Assembly (NCBI RefSeq): GCF_006345805.1
Contig: NC_043004.1
Location: 29,946,001-30,010,000 of the forward strand
DNA: 64,000 bases
Reading direction: 5' to 3'
From: Octopus sinensis
Lineage: Eukaryota
Positions 24,839 to 37,459 of this stretch are shown here, in pieces (position 1 is the stretch's first letter; the number at the start of each line of letters is the position of its first letter). Both the position numbers and the translations under genes were made by a program. Under the pieces are notes generated by a model. The model made no database searches. It saw nothing but the letters and a program-made list of their open reading frames with translations, and had not been told where the DNA came from.

Positions 24839-25209
24839 TAGAAACAGAGGTAGGTTATTAAAGGGAGATAAAGATCTGTGACTTACCTCCCTTCAAATTG
24901 CATACCCTTACAGAGATTTTATTACTAGGTAATCTTTATCTAGAATACTGTATGTGTGTGCACACATGTATGTTAACCTGTAGTATGTGCAGATTTGGCC
25001 AAATACATTTTTTTCAAAATTTATTTATGCTTGCAGTAGCTGGTTCTTTTGCTCAAACTATCATATATCCAGCCACTTCAAATGCCAAGAGTAGTATAAT
25101 CGTTTTCTATGGAGAGGTGAAACTATTTTTTCGTTTTCTGAAAAAGTAACATTGGATTTGCAACACTTCTGCATAACAGTAACTGTGTATGTATGTATGT
25201 ATGTATGTG

Positions 25210-25255
<46 letters not shown>

Positions 25256-25430
25256 ATGTATATATTTATAAACATGTATATATATATACACACACACATG
25301 TATATACATATATATGTAAATATATATATAAATAAATATATACAGGTATATATATACATATATACATGTATATATATATATATATGTATAAATAAATATA
25401 TACATGCATATACACATGGTTCTATAATGA

Positions 25431-25492
25431 TTCTATAATGAATCAATTTCGGAATTAATCTCATAATAGATTTTTTCCTCTTCAGTAGAAAA
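25431..25492 (-). ncRNA. Type I hammerhead ribozyme motif (family C), left arm of a fold-back
   Basis: ttttcta CTGAAGA GGAAaaAATCT-attatg-AGATTaaTTCC GAAA TTGA T TCA T T A tagaa. The core is intact, with one mismatch in stem III. Confidence 0.6.
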
Positions 25493-25642
25493 TATGAATA
25501 GAAATAAATGAAATACTTACATGTGCCCATGGAAAAAAAAAGCTGAAGCAAAAGTCATGAGTACATATTAGTACCCCAGATATATCTAAATATAAAATCC
25601 TTTGGTTGCGCATGTAAGTATTTCATTTATTTCTATTTGTAT

Positions 25643-25704
25643 TTTCTACTGAAGAGGAAAAAATCTATTATGAGATTAATTCCAAAATTGATTCAATATA
25701 GAAA
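25643..25704 (+). ncRNA. Type I hammerhead ribozyme motif (family C), right arm, G12>A
   Basis: tttcta CTGAAGA GGAA..TTCC AAAA TTG-att-CAAT A tagaaa. Stems I-III all pair, but G12 is lost through a CpG-type transition. Confidence 0.6.
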
Positions 25705-26110
25705 TAATGAACTTTTTAAAAAATTCTGTTGGTTAGCTTTAGCTTTCCTCGATTTCAGCACAACATACTTCTGTAGTGGGTATAATAATATGTGGAAATT
25801 GACGATTTAAAAGTCTGTTATCAACATATTGGCATAGAAATAATTTTATTTTGCCCTTGTTTTTAAGTTGTTTATAATTTTAACCTTTAAAGGTATTTTA
25901 ATATGCTGTCACTTTTTTGATGGAATTTTTTTCTGTAAAAAACTTCATCCTCTATTAGTAGTATATATATATATATATATGTATATATATACATACATAT
26001 ACATTTATATATACATATATATACACATGTATATATATACATATATATTATATATGCATATATACATGTATATATATACATATATATGTATATATATGCA
26101 TATATACATG

Positions 26111-26169
<59 letters not shown>

Positions 26170-27358
26170 ATATATATATATATGTATATATATAACATAT
26201 ATATATGTATATATATATTTGGCTTTTGACATTCACTACTAGATTTATGTTGATTACTAAAACAATCTTCCTTTAAAAATCCATTGAGCCTGTGGTCAGC
26301 TTGTGCATATAACAAACATTTCTGTCAGGTTTGTTTTGTTTAAACGAAACATTATTTATGATGATTGAACAAGGTTTTCTAATTTAACATTGATTAGCAC
26401 TATCTGTAGAAATTCCATGGCCTAATTTATAGTAAAGAGTCAGTCATAAACATCTCCTCACTCAGTAAAAACATCCTGTGATTTCTTTCACAATCCTTTG
26501 ATGAATTCTCAGGAATTCTTGTCTATTCCCCTTAGTTATGTTTTTCCTTCAAGCCTGTTTTGTCATTCTGGCTTGAGCAAAATATTCTTGCCAATCATCA
26601 TCACTCATATTTTGCCTTCTCTTTTGATTAACAATTATTATATTTTTCCCTATTAACTTTAGCTTCATCATATGGTACCTTCCTCACACATACATATGGA
26701 CACTAATACTGTGTGCACATACAAACATATCCCTATTCTGTCACACACACAGCCAATTGTTGTCTACATGTGTGTGCCCAAATAGTGTACATATATGTAC
26801 ATGTGTCAGCAGAATTTGTTTGAACCTCTCCCTCTCTATTTCTCTCTCTCACACACATTTCGCATTCCCTTTCTTCATCATAAGAGATTTTTTACACCAC
26901 AGGAATATATTGTTAGCATTACAATAGGTAAAACTTATCTTTTTAAAATCTAACCTTTCACTCAATATCAAACTTTAAAAAAATTATTATCATCTCTGAC
27001 ATAAAAACATCACAGGGTATTGACACTTGTTATTATTGAATTTATATTTAACAAAGAAAATTCAGATTTTAACTTTATATATATGCTAAATAATGTTAAG
27101 TATTTCTCATCACTAATTCTGGTCTAAAGAAGTAGTTTCCAAAGTACTAAGCACCTTATTGTCAGGTTTCCAAGCTCCACAGTATTTGTTAGATTTGAAA
27201 ATTAATTTCAGGTAGCCATTTTTTACATACATTTGTATCCTTAGGCAAAATTTATTTATATATTCTTACAAGTACTGTAACATAACATAAATGTTAAGGA
27301 GTTAATAAATAAAGGTTCTCAGTGAACCTAATATACTGATGAACATGTACCTCTCCCC

Positions 27359-27401
<43 letters not shown>

Positions 27402-28308
27402 CCCATGCTATAACCTACTATATGAGTGCTTGTTCTATTTTTCCCTGACATGAAAACTTATTGGACAACTATGTGTGTGTGTGTGTGTGTGTAAAAGAAT
27501 AAAAGCCACCTAGCTGAAAGACTAGACCAATAAAAAAACTTATTGTAGAATGCAGAAACAAAGTAAAGTTAATAGGGTGAAAATGTAGAATTATTCTAGT
27601 GTAAAGACATTTTTGGAATTTCGATATGTAATATTTTAACAGGACATTACAAGAACATCATTTCTGTATGATGTTTTCTTTGATGCAATTAGAATTTTTT
27701 CTTTGGTCTTTTTTTAAAAAAAATTCTTGCAACTTCCATTTTAAAGTTAAATTAACTGCAGGGAAAAATATATCAGGGAATTTTAGTGAAGAAAAGTTAT
27801 CATTAATTTCTTCATGTATATCAATGAAAATTACAGTATTTCAGAAATTACGTAAAATAAATGTAATGAAACTGTTTAGAAATAAGATATCTTCATATCA
27901 GAGAATTATTTAGGCAATAAAAACAGATTAATAAACTAAATATTTTAGAATTAATAAAAAAATTAATTAATATGAATTTAGAATGTTTCTTTTTTCACTA
28001 AGATAAAGATAAAATACATTTTATAAATTTTCTTTTTTTTTTTAAATAAATTTTTGCTGAGAAATTAGTATAATTTCTCCTTTAATTTTCTTTTAAAAAT
28101 AATAATTGCTGGGGGAATAAAAGCTTTGATACAAACTAAAATTCAAAAAGAAAATATTGTAAACAATATTATCCTTGCAACAAGAATACAAGAAGAACCA
28201 TTTCCTTATTGGTGTTCTTGCATACAAATTAGGATGGAGTTTATTCCAATCACTGGAAGTCACTGACGGTTGAACGGTGCATTTACAGTCACTTATTGAG
28301 AATTGGCT

Positions 28309-28732
28309 TCAGAGAATGTTATCATAATCTTCATCTGCATCCATGTCTCCTTCTAATAATTCCTCTTCTTCTTTTTCTAAACGGTCACCATCCTGACTTT
28401 CTTTTGGAGGTCTTGTAGTAGTTAATAGGCACTGTTCATCTTCTTCCTCATCTTCTTCATCATCATCACTTAAACCAATGATCTCTTGTGGTGGAGATTC
28501 ATCATATTCTTCTTCTTCTTCTTCTTCTTCTTCATCTCCATCATCGTCATCATCTGCATCTTCAGCTACCATTTCCTGGTCATTTTGGCACTTCTGGAAT
28601 GTTAGAATACAATGGTCATTGCTATCAAAAAGCTTCTGTAGATTTTTTCTTTGACGAATCCCTCTTTCCAGTCTGCGAATATCAAGAAAGTCTGGGGCTT
28701 TACAGTTGAGATCTGTTAGAATGTGGTCCCAC
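28309..28732 (-). CDS. BIVM: BIVM-like last coding exon (phase 2; [11 protein letters not shown]...acidic tail...DYDNIL*)
   Basis: Acceptor tttctctttag|G at 28733; stop at 28309-28311. Confidence 0.9.
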
Positions 28733-31700
28733 CTAAAGAGAAATGACAAAAATTCATCATCACAAAACACTTTAATTAACTTGCATAAATGTTCAAAAAT
28801 TAAAATGGTTTTATGAATTATAGAGAATCATGTGGCTAGTGTTTATTGATTCTGCTGTCTTTAGTGTTACATTGAGGAAGAACAAGACTGTTGCTATATC
28901 AGTAGCTAGTCACAAGGGGACAAATTCCAGGAAAGTTCTACTAGTTAAGAATCAATAAATGGATATAGTAAAATTGAATGTGAAAAAATAAGCAACATTT
29001 ACACATGAATAAATTCTTAATAAAGCAAACTGATAGAACTAACAAACATATTTTGTAAATATATGAAAAAATTAGATTTCTGGAATCTGAAAAAATATCA
29101 AATGAATTTTAATTGGTACTAAATAATTCTGTAATTCTTTCTATTGCAATAAATAATTAGAAATGAAAATGTTTTGTCATATTCCCATGAATTATATTAA
29201 TAATTGTGCCTTTAGTTGAAAAGGTAAAGTTCCAAACAGTCTTTACCTAAATTCAAACCATGATGAGCCTTGCCATTTTTGCAAATAAGCAGTTGTCAAA
29301 TTCCATTTCTCTTCATAGATTTCTGCTGTACACTATGCTTCAATTACCTATTATTTGCACCAATTTCACCTCCAACCAGTTCTATTTACCCTAAACATAC
29401 ACTATTATTAAATAAGAACATAAGAAAAATAACCAGGATTTAAGTGATGTAAAGCCTTTAATATGGCTTGTAATCAATATCAGTTAAAAATGACAATAAT
29501 TAAAATTGTTACTGTATAAAGTCACAACATCACTCCATATTTCTTGACCTGTTCAAATCTCTATATAGCTATCTATTCCAGTCTTGGCCCTGTCAGCTGC
29601 ATTAAATTTTTTTATTTCCTGGTCTTATGTCATTCAAAGATGACAACAAATTAATTGCCTGCTGAAAAATCTTAGAAGTCAGATTTTAGCAAAGAAGCTT
29701 AGTCATTGCAGTCTTTTAGGAAAGAAAAGTAATCGAGGAAATAAAATGTTATGTTTTATGAATGAGATTGAGGCTGTAGAGAATAAGTGTATTTTTATTA
29801 AAAGGTAAACTGAGCGGTGTGTAGTGTATGTTAACACAATAATCATTGCAAAGATAAATTATAAAAATAATGAGTTACTTACTTCTTACACTGTAAACTG
29901 GGGTATTTGCTGCTGGTGTCTCCCAAAATAATCCATGTCTCTAGGTCACCAGAACATAAATCAGACCTAAAATAAAAATAATAAAAATAATAATAATAAT
30001 GATGATGATGATGATGATGAATGCCCTGATGCAGTACCAGGCAGTGGCTTTCATGGTTTCTGATCTTAACCGATTGAAAGTGATATCATGTACATTTTTC
30101 TTTTGTCTAGGTATAAAAGATGGGCTACGGCAAATATTCTGTTCAATACCACAGATTTGCTTGTCATTTGTTTGACCTTAACCAGTTGAGCATGTCCCTT
30201 AGTGGCTGACGATATGTGCTTCTCTGATCACGAGCAGAAGTAGTGGGGGAGCATCATAGCCATGTGTTGAGAAGGATTCTTTGGGGTTTGAATAATTCAC
30301 CTCTGGAAACATGGGTGTTTTGTTCAACGTCCTTAAACAACCCTTATTCAGGGACCTTTTGAGTGGGATGGGCTACTTAGCTGAATAAAATTCTAACTGG
30401 GCTCCACCTGCAAGGTCATGTGCTGTTTATCTTGATATGAGATCACCATGTTGTGCACATATGGTTGTGATGCATGTGCCTGGTGTACCCTTATCAGACG
30501 GGTAGTCATGATGGGTATACTGGGCTTCGTATATTTTACCCCAGTGTCACTTTGATGGCATGCTCTGCTCGCTCACTCAATAATAATAATAATAATAATA
30601 ATGACGACGATGATGACGACAATAAACACGACGACGACGAGGATAAATGCCCTGATGCAGTACCAGGCAGTGGCTTTCATGGTTTCTGATCTTAACTGAT
30701 TGAAAGTGATATCATGTACATTTTTTTTTTATCTAGGTATAAAAGATGGGCTACGGCAAATATTCTGTTCAATACCACAGATTTGCTTGTCATTTGTTTG
30801 ACCATAACCAGTTGAGCATGTCCCTTAGTGACAGACGATATGTGCTTCTCTGATCATGAGCAGAAGTAGTGGGGGAGCATCATAGCCATGTGTTGAGATG
30901 AATTCTTTGGAGTTAGAATAATTCACCTCTGGGAACATGGGTGTTTCATTCAACATCCTTAAACAACCCTTATTCAGGGACCTTTTGAGTGGGATGGGCT
31001 ACTTAGCTGAATAAAATTCTAACTGGGCTCCACCTGCAAGGTCATGTGCTGTTTACCTTGATTAGATACTGATATATTAGTGATGAGTCATACTTCAATG
31101 GGTTTACAGCAATTTTTGCACTTTGTAAGGTGGCTAGCATTAGGAAAGGCATCCATCTATAGAAACCATGTCAAAGCTGACATTCAACTTTGATGCTGTT
31201 CTTTGGCTTCTTAGATCCCATTGAACTGTCCAACCAATGCCACTATCAAAGAAGGATGTTAAATGATGGTGATGATTATTACACAATGATTATTACACAA
31301 CCTTTCTAATTCAATAGTTTGAATAATTGGAAATATGACATGCAGAGTTATGATTCAAGAAGTTTCAACTTCTAATAAAATATACTTAGTCTGCATACTG
31401 AGTACTTTTTCTCTAGTTTGTAAACAAAAGTTTATGAATCCATACACATATGTATGAACATATTTCTTTCCAGCCTCATGGTTTTCTGCTTAGTCCTACT
31501 GTGTGGCACCTAGGGAAAGAGTTTTCTACTTTGGTCCCAAGCTAACCAAAGCCTTGTGAGTGGATGTACACACACACACACAAATGGGCTGAGGTTCACT
31601 ACAGCTGTTTCAGACATGTTTTTTTATTGATGAACACATCAGTTACATAATTGTAATTGATTTGTTCATCAAAACAAAAACATGTCTGAAACAGCTGTAG

Positions 31701-34227
31701 TGAACCTCAGCACTCTTATGTTACTATTTATACTACACCACACTCGTAAACTTCCGTGTTAGATCTTGAGCCTACAGTGGACTGTGGACTGCATGCTGGA
31801 GTATACTCTTGTAAGATTTTATGTATACATTGCATGTATTTGTATTTGTGGATGTATGTGTAACTGGAAGGACAAATCCGTATATGTTTTAGTAAGTACA
31901 TGAGCATCCATACACACTGTTAATTTACAGGTATGCTATCCTTGACTCTACCTTGGTGCATTTGTTATTAAAATACCTCGATTCTATTAGATCCTGAAAA
32001 TAGTTTTATATATATATGTTTATGTGTATGTATTATGCATGTGTCTCCTTGTCATAACACCGCATGGTAGTTTCAAATGAGTGTCACTTTCATACAAGCA
32101 CTGTTATACATTTCCAATATTTTGTGAAAACATGTCTAGCTATGGGAAATATCATCATCTTGTTTGGAAATATGTGAGGACTGGTGACAGGAATGGCATC
32201 TGACTGTTGAAAGTCTGTCTCAATCTAACCCATGCAAGCATGGATAAGTGGAAGTGAAAACAATTATCATGATAGGTATGTCATTCAGTAAGTATATTGG
32301 CAAAGATGTGCTCATCAGGTGAGAAAACTGAAAAATAGATGTTTTTTTAACAAAGTGATATTTGTTCTGCATCAAGTAACAGATACTCCTGTGTCACTCT
32401 GCTTATCAGAAATACAATTAAACAGTGATTGGTTCATGAAGAATCTGTAACAATGACAGCAATGGTGACAAAAATTAAAGGCTTATTTTTCTAAAGGTTC
32501 TATTGGCTATGGTGCACTTAGAATAGTTCTTTCTGTTTGTTCACACATCCAGCCAGCCATAACAAAGATAACTGTTACCGAAACAATATTTATACAAAAT
32601 TACTACTTACGAATATGCATCAGTAGCTCTCAATGGAGTATTTTCATAACCAATTGGACACAAGAAATGCTTCTCACAGTGGTAAATATAGGCTGTCTGC
32701 TTACTTTTCAGTCCTTTCTTGAGTAAAGCAAGAGCATAATCTTCTTTTAAGTTTGTTGCATCAGCTCCTTGCAGTTTTAAGAACACACCACCACGACCCG
32801 CAACCTCAAAATGTTCATTTAATTTTTGAAATGATCTGAAATAAAAATAAAAACAATTTTTATATTAATACAACGAGGGAGCCTCTAGGGCAGGGGTTCT
32901 CAACTGGGGTCTATATAAGATTTTATTGTCAAAACTTTTGTGCAATATATTAGTTATATTTCTACAGTACACAAAATATTAAAATTTTTTATATAATTAT
33001 TTAATTAATAAAATACACTTAGATTTTTTTTTGTTCATATACAGTGAATAGCATGGGTCCATCTGAGTAAAATAGGAATCAAAGGGGTCCATAGGTGAGA
33101 AATGGTTTGGGAGCTAACATAATCTAATACAAAAAGCAGCTAAATTCCCTCAAACTAAACAGTAACATCTTAAAAAATAGAAAGACACAATTTGGAAAGC
33201 TGCCTTGGATGGATTGTCTAAAAATAATAAGGGATGATCACAGCTGGAATATTTTGATCAGTCTTCTCAATCAGGGCTGACCTGGGGTTAAATAACAAAC
33301 ACCATCAATTTCTTAGAGAGAGAGAGACCTTTTTACTTTCCCACTTCTCTCTTTTCCTTTTTCTTGTTCCTTTCTATTCTTGCAAGTTACTTGGTAACCT
33401 TGCTAGTGCAGGTGGCACAAAAAAAATGCACCCAGTATATTCTGTAAAGTGGTTGGCATTAGGAAGGGCATCCAGCTGCAGACCATGCCAAAGCTGACAC
33501 TGAAGCTCAACATGGTTTTATGGCTTGCTGAATCCTGTCAAACCATCCAACCCATGCCAGCATAAAAAACAGACTTAAGTGAATATGATGACAATGGCTA
33601 TGGTAGATCTTGCAGCTTGCATTTCCAGCTCAGAACCTCCATCTTAGGCAGAATATTGATCTACTGAAAGCTATCATGAGACATGCAATCAGATAAGTAT
33701 CCACTGTCAGTTACTTATACTTAGAATGTATTGTTTCTTTGGGCACTGACACGATAAAGGGTCAATGTGTAACAGCTGACTTTGGCTGAATTTCACAAGA
33801 TTATCCTTTATATTTCCAACAACTTCAGTCACTTATTAAATTCAATACTCCTACCACTTATGGACATGCTTATAAAATTAGGAAAAAATCCAACAAGTTC
33901 CCATGATATTTTGAAACCTCTTTTTTCATGCACAAAACTGCTGAAGCATGAAATCAACTACTTGCATCAGTTGTTAGTTATCAGAACACTATAGACTTCA
34001 AAAAATTCCATGCTTCCCAAAATTCACCAACACTATTCCTGGGGTACGAATGAACCTTTCCCTCTTTTATTCCCTTTTACATCTTTTTGTTTTATTCTGT
34101 ATACTAGATTATTTGTTCTTTACTTTTCCCTCTTTTAACCTCTTCTGATGAATTATAGAGCACCTGAGCTCTGTATGCAATAAGCTCATTATAATTATAG
34201 CAAAAGATGTCTTTGTCTGTTAAAACA

Positions 34228-34269
<42 letters not shown>

Positions 34270-34564
34270 CGGAAAGAAAAAAAAATTTGCTTTAATTTAA
34301 TGGTCAAAGAGACTTACTTTATCAAACCCTGGTTCGTTACAATGTCTTGAGAATCTATTTCTGAAAATGGTGGTTGATAACCAAGTATCGTTAAAGCAAC
34401 CTCTTGACTTACTGGATCACGGCTGAAATAAAAGGAACTGTAAATTAGCTTTTTATCATCACAGATAACAAGCAAAAATAATTGATTTAGAAATGTTAGA
34501 GAAAAGGAAGTGCAAGAAATGAGATTTTTTGAGAAAACAACAAATGATATACATGCTTATATAT

Positions 34565-34621
<57 letters not shown>

Positions 34622-37424
34622 TAGCAGAAATATCTGACGTTACCTGGGTTAAAGAAAACAATGAAATTTAAAAACGCTGTCTAGATTACACAGGTCTTAA
34701 CTGCTAGTAGCTGAAATACCAACTTTCTACATAACTCTGCAACCCATGCCAACACAGATCATAGACATGAAGTGAAATGTGAAAAGAAAATTTTCAAGTC
34801 ATATATGTATATAAAGTAAATACACATTTGTCTAACTTATTTCGTAGCCAAACAAAGGTACAGATTATAAACAATGAAAGGCCGTGTGTAGAGTACACAC
34901 ACAAACAGACAGCAAATATATCACGTTATTGTTTCACTTATATACACAGATATATATTCACGCATGTCAGTCAAAAAGTGAAAGTGTTATAGTAATACTG
35001 TAACACTCAATGGTTTTACACTTTTGTATATGACATAGACATATGATTCATGTAAGTGCTTCTTCATGTCCTATGTCTTCTGTCTTGCCATGTTTATCAC
35101 TGAGAATGTAGAAGTTCTTTTCATCTTGAAGTGTAGAACATTCTCACCCATCATGTTGCCACGATGGAGAAGAGGTTTCTCAGCTGCGTAGGAGACTCAC
35201 ACATTTGTGCCTCTGTCAGAGTGGTATCCCAGTGTGCCTCATCTTCCAGAAGACCTCTGAGATGGCAAGCCTGGCGATATGTTTGACATACTGTTATCAA
35301 CCATATGTAAGGCTGTAAATGACGTAGGTCCCTTGACTCTTAGATAGTAGCACTCTGAGAAGTTGTGATGGACAACATAGACTCTGCCAAGTGTGTCTGA
35401 TTTCTTGATTTCCAGATGATGCGTGAGTGTTCCAAGTGCAAGTCTTTTCCATTTGATTTAGTACCAGGTATAGAATTGTGGAACTTCATTGTATAGCACT
35501 CTTGAAGCAAATTCATCCTCATGACAGAGCTTGAAGAATGCTGTGTGATATTTTTGGGTGCTTCCATTTGTCTCTGAGATGGAGGACAATATCAAGCTTG
35601 TCATGTTCTTGCCCAACCAGAAACACAGCTATTTCATTTGCTGTTGGCCCCTTAAACCTCCCTTCATGTTAACTTGATGGTTTCTTGTCTAATCTGATAA
35701 CTACCTTGTAATCCATGGTATCGGGTGGAATTGTTTCAAGCACAGTCATGAAGCTTCTGATCAGGTTGTTGTTGTTATGCAGCATCTTTTGCAGAGACAC
35801 TACAATGTTCATCCTGATGCCAGAAATGTTCTTGCACCTCTCTTGCTCTTGTTGAGAATCACCCATAAAATATATTTGAAGGAATTTTGGTGATTCACTT
35901 GACAGAGGTAGTAGAGAGCCAATCTAATGATAAATCTGACCTTGGATCTTGAAAGTTTGTACGAATCCTGGCTCAGTTAAATCTCTTGTGGCTCCAAATG
36001 ATGTCATCTGTAGTGCAGCATTGTATTGTCTAATTTTGTTTTGGAAGTGCTTGGAATTTTGATCAGTTGATGACAACAGTTTCTTCAATGGCTTTGGAGG
36101 TTGGAGGATTGCAGGGAGTTTAACCTTTTCATCACTGCAGCACAGTGCAGGTGTCTCTCCAGACTACTTATTTGCTTTACAATGAATGCACTCAGTTGTC
36201 ATTGCACCAATGGAAATTCTGCATAATGAACTGCTTCATAGAAGTTGCTTCTTTGAGCTGTTGCAACTGCTCTTCATTCTGCAGTGGAGATCCTATTCCT
36301 TGTCAGTCGTGCATACCTCTGTTCATCACTTTGAGATGCTCTGACTTTTGTAGTGCACAGTCAGTTCATTTCTTGGCATGCTTCCCTTTCCGCAGCAATC
36401 TCTCTTTCCCTGGACAAAGACATTCTTTTGGCTGACCTTGATATTGTAGACAAATGGCAGCTCATCTTACAGAGGTGTCAGGTGAAACCTGTGAAGGTGC
36501 TTGGCTGTTCCAATGCCTTAGCCCTACCATCACTCATGGTAATGTTGCATGTTGACTTGTTTCAGTAGATTCCGTTGAACCTTGTGGTGTGAGACCAATT
36601 GGTGTTGAATTGATGTTTCTTTCTTTCTTTTTCTTTTTTTCTTTCTTCCTCTTCTTTTTTTTTTCTTCACTCATATTTCTGTTTTTTTCAGCTTTGGATT
36701 TGTATTTTGCGTTTTTTTTGTTATATATCTATCATATACATGTGTTATATATGTAATTATTAAATTATCTAAATAAAAAAATAAAAACGACCCCAAAAAT
36801 TTAAGATACGGAAGAAAATTGCTTTTATTTAGTTTGCCTTTATTTCACCTGCTATGCAAAGGGTTCTCAGCCCAATAGTAACATGCAGTTATATATAGCT
36901 TTATTTCCTTTGTTCCAGAAGGAAGAAAAAAAAAAAAGAAATATTTTACATATTCTCGAAATTTATAACTTCTTGTTACATGAAAAATATCATAAGATGC
37001 TTTCCATGTCATATATACTCATTAAGTGGGTATCCCAGTTTCCAAAGGGTATATATTCCTCATTGGACAAGATGTAAGTCCATTACAATTACTTGCTGAG
37101 TGGACAGGAGCAACGTGAACTGAGGGCTTTTGGTCAAAAACACAATGCTATGCCCTGTCCAAGAATCAAAACCACAATCTTATGATCATGAGTCCAACAC
37201 CCTAATAACTAAGCTACGTGTCTACACACACACACATTAGTGTGGATTTTCATTATTTAGTATATAAAATGTATTTCTCTTACAAGGCATTTTTCGTGTA
37301 ATAAGGGAGATAACTCTGAAGCAACTGTAGACTGATTTTGCTCTTACATTTCGTTTAGTTGGTACATATATATGCTTTTATACACACGCACATACACACA
37401 CACATATACATACACATATACATG

Positions 37425-37459
<35 letters not shown>

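Noticed and set aside
24887-24947. Minus-strand segment with good donor and acceptor signals
   Set aside because: Stops in all three frames from the better acceptor; it lies beyond the BIVM stop with no gene to attach to.
25030-25135. AGSFAQTIIYP, resembling a mitochondrial carrier (SLC25) helix
   Set aside because: The Px[DE]xxK signature does not follow, and I found no other carrier exons; treated as chance or an unidentifiable scrap.
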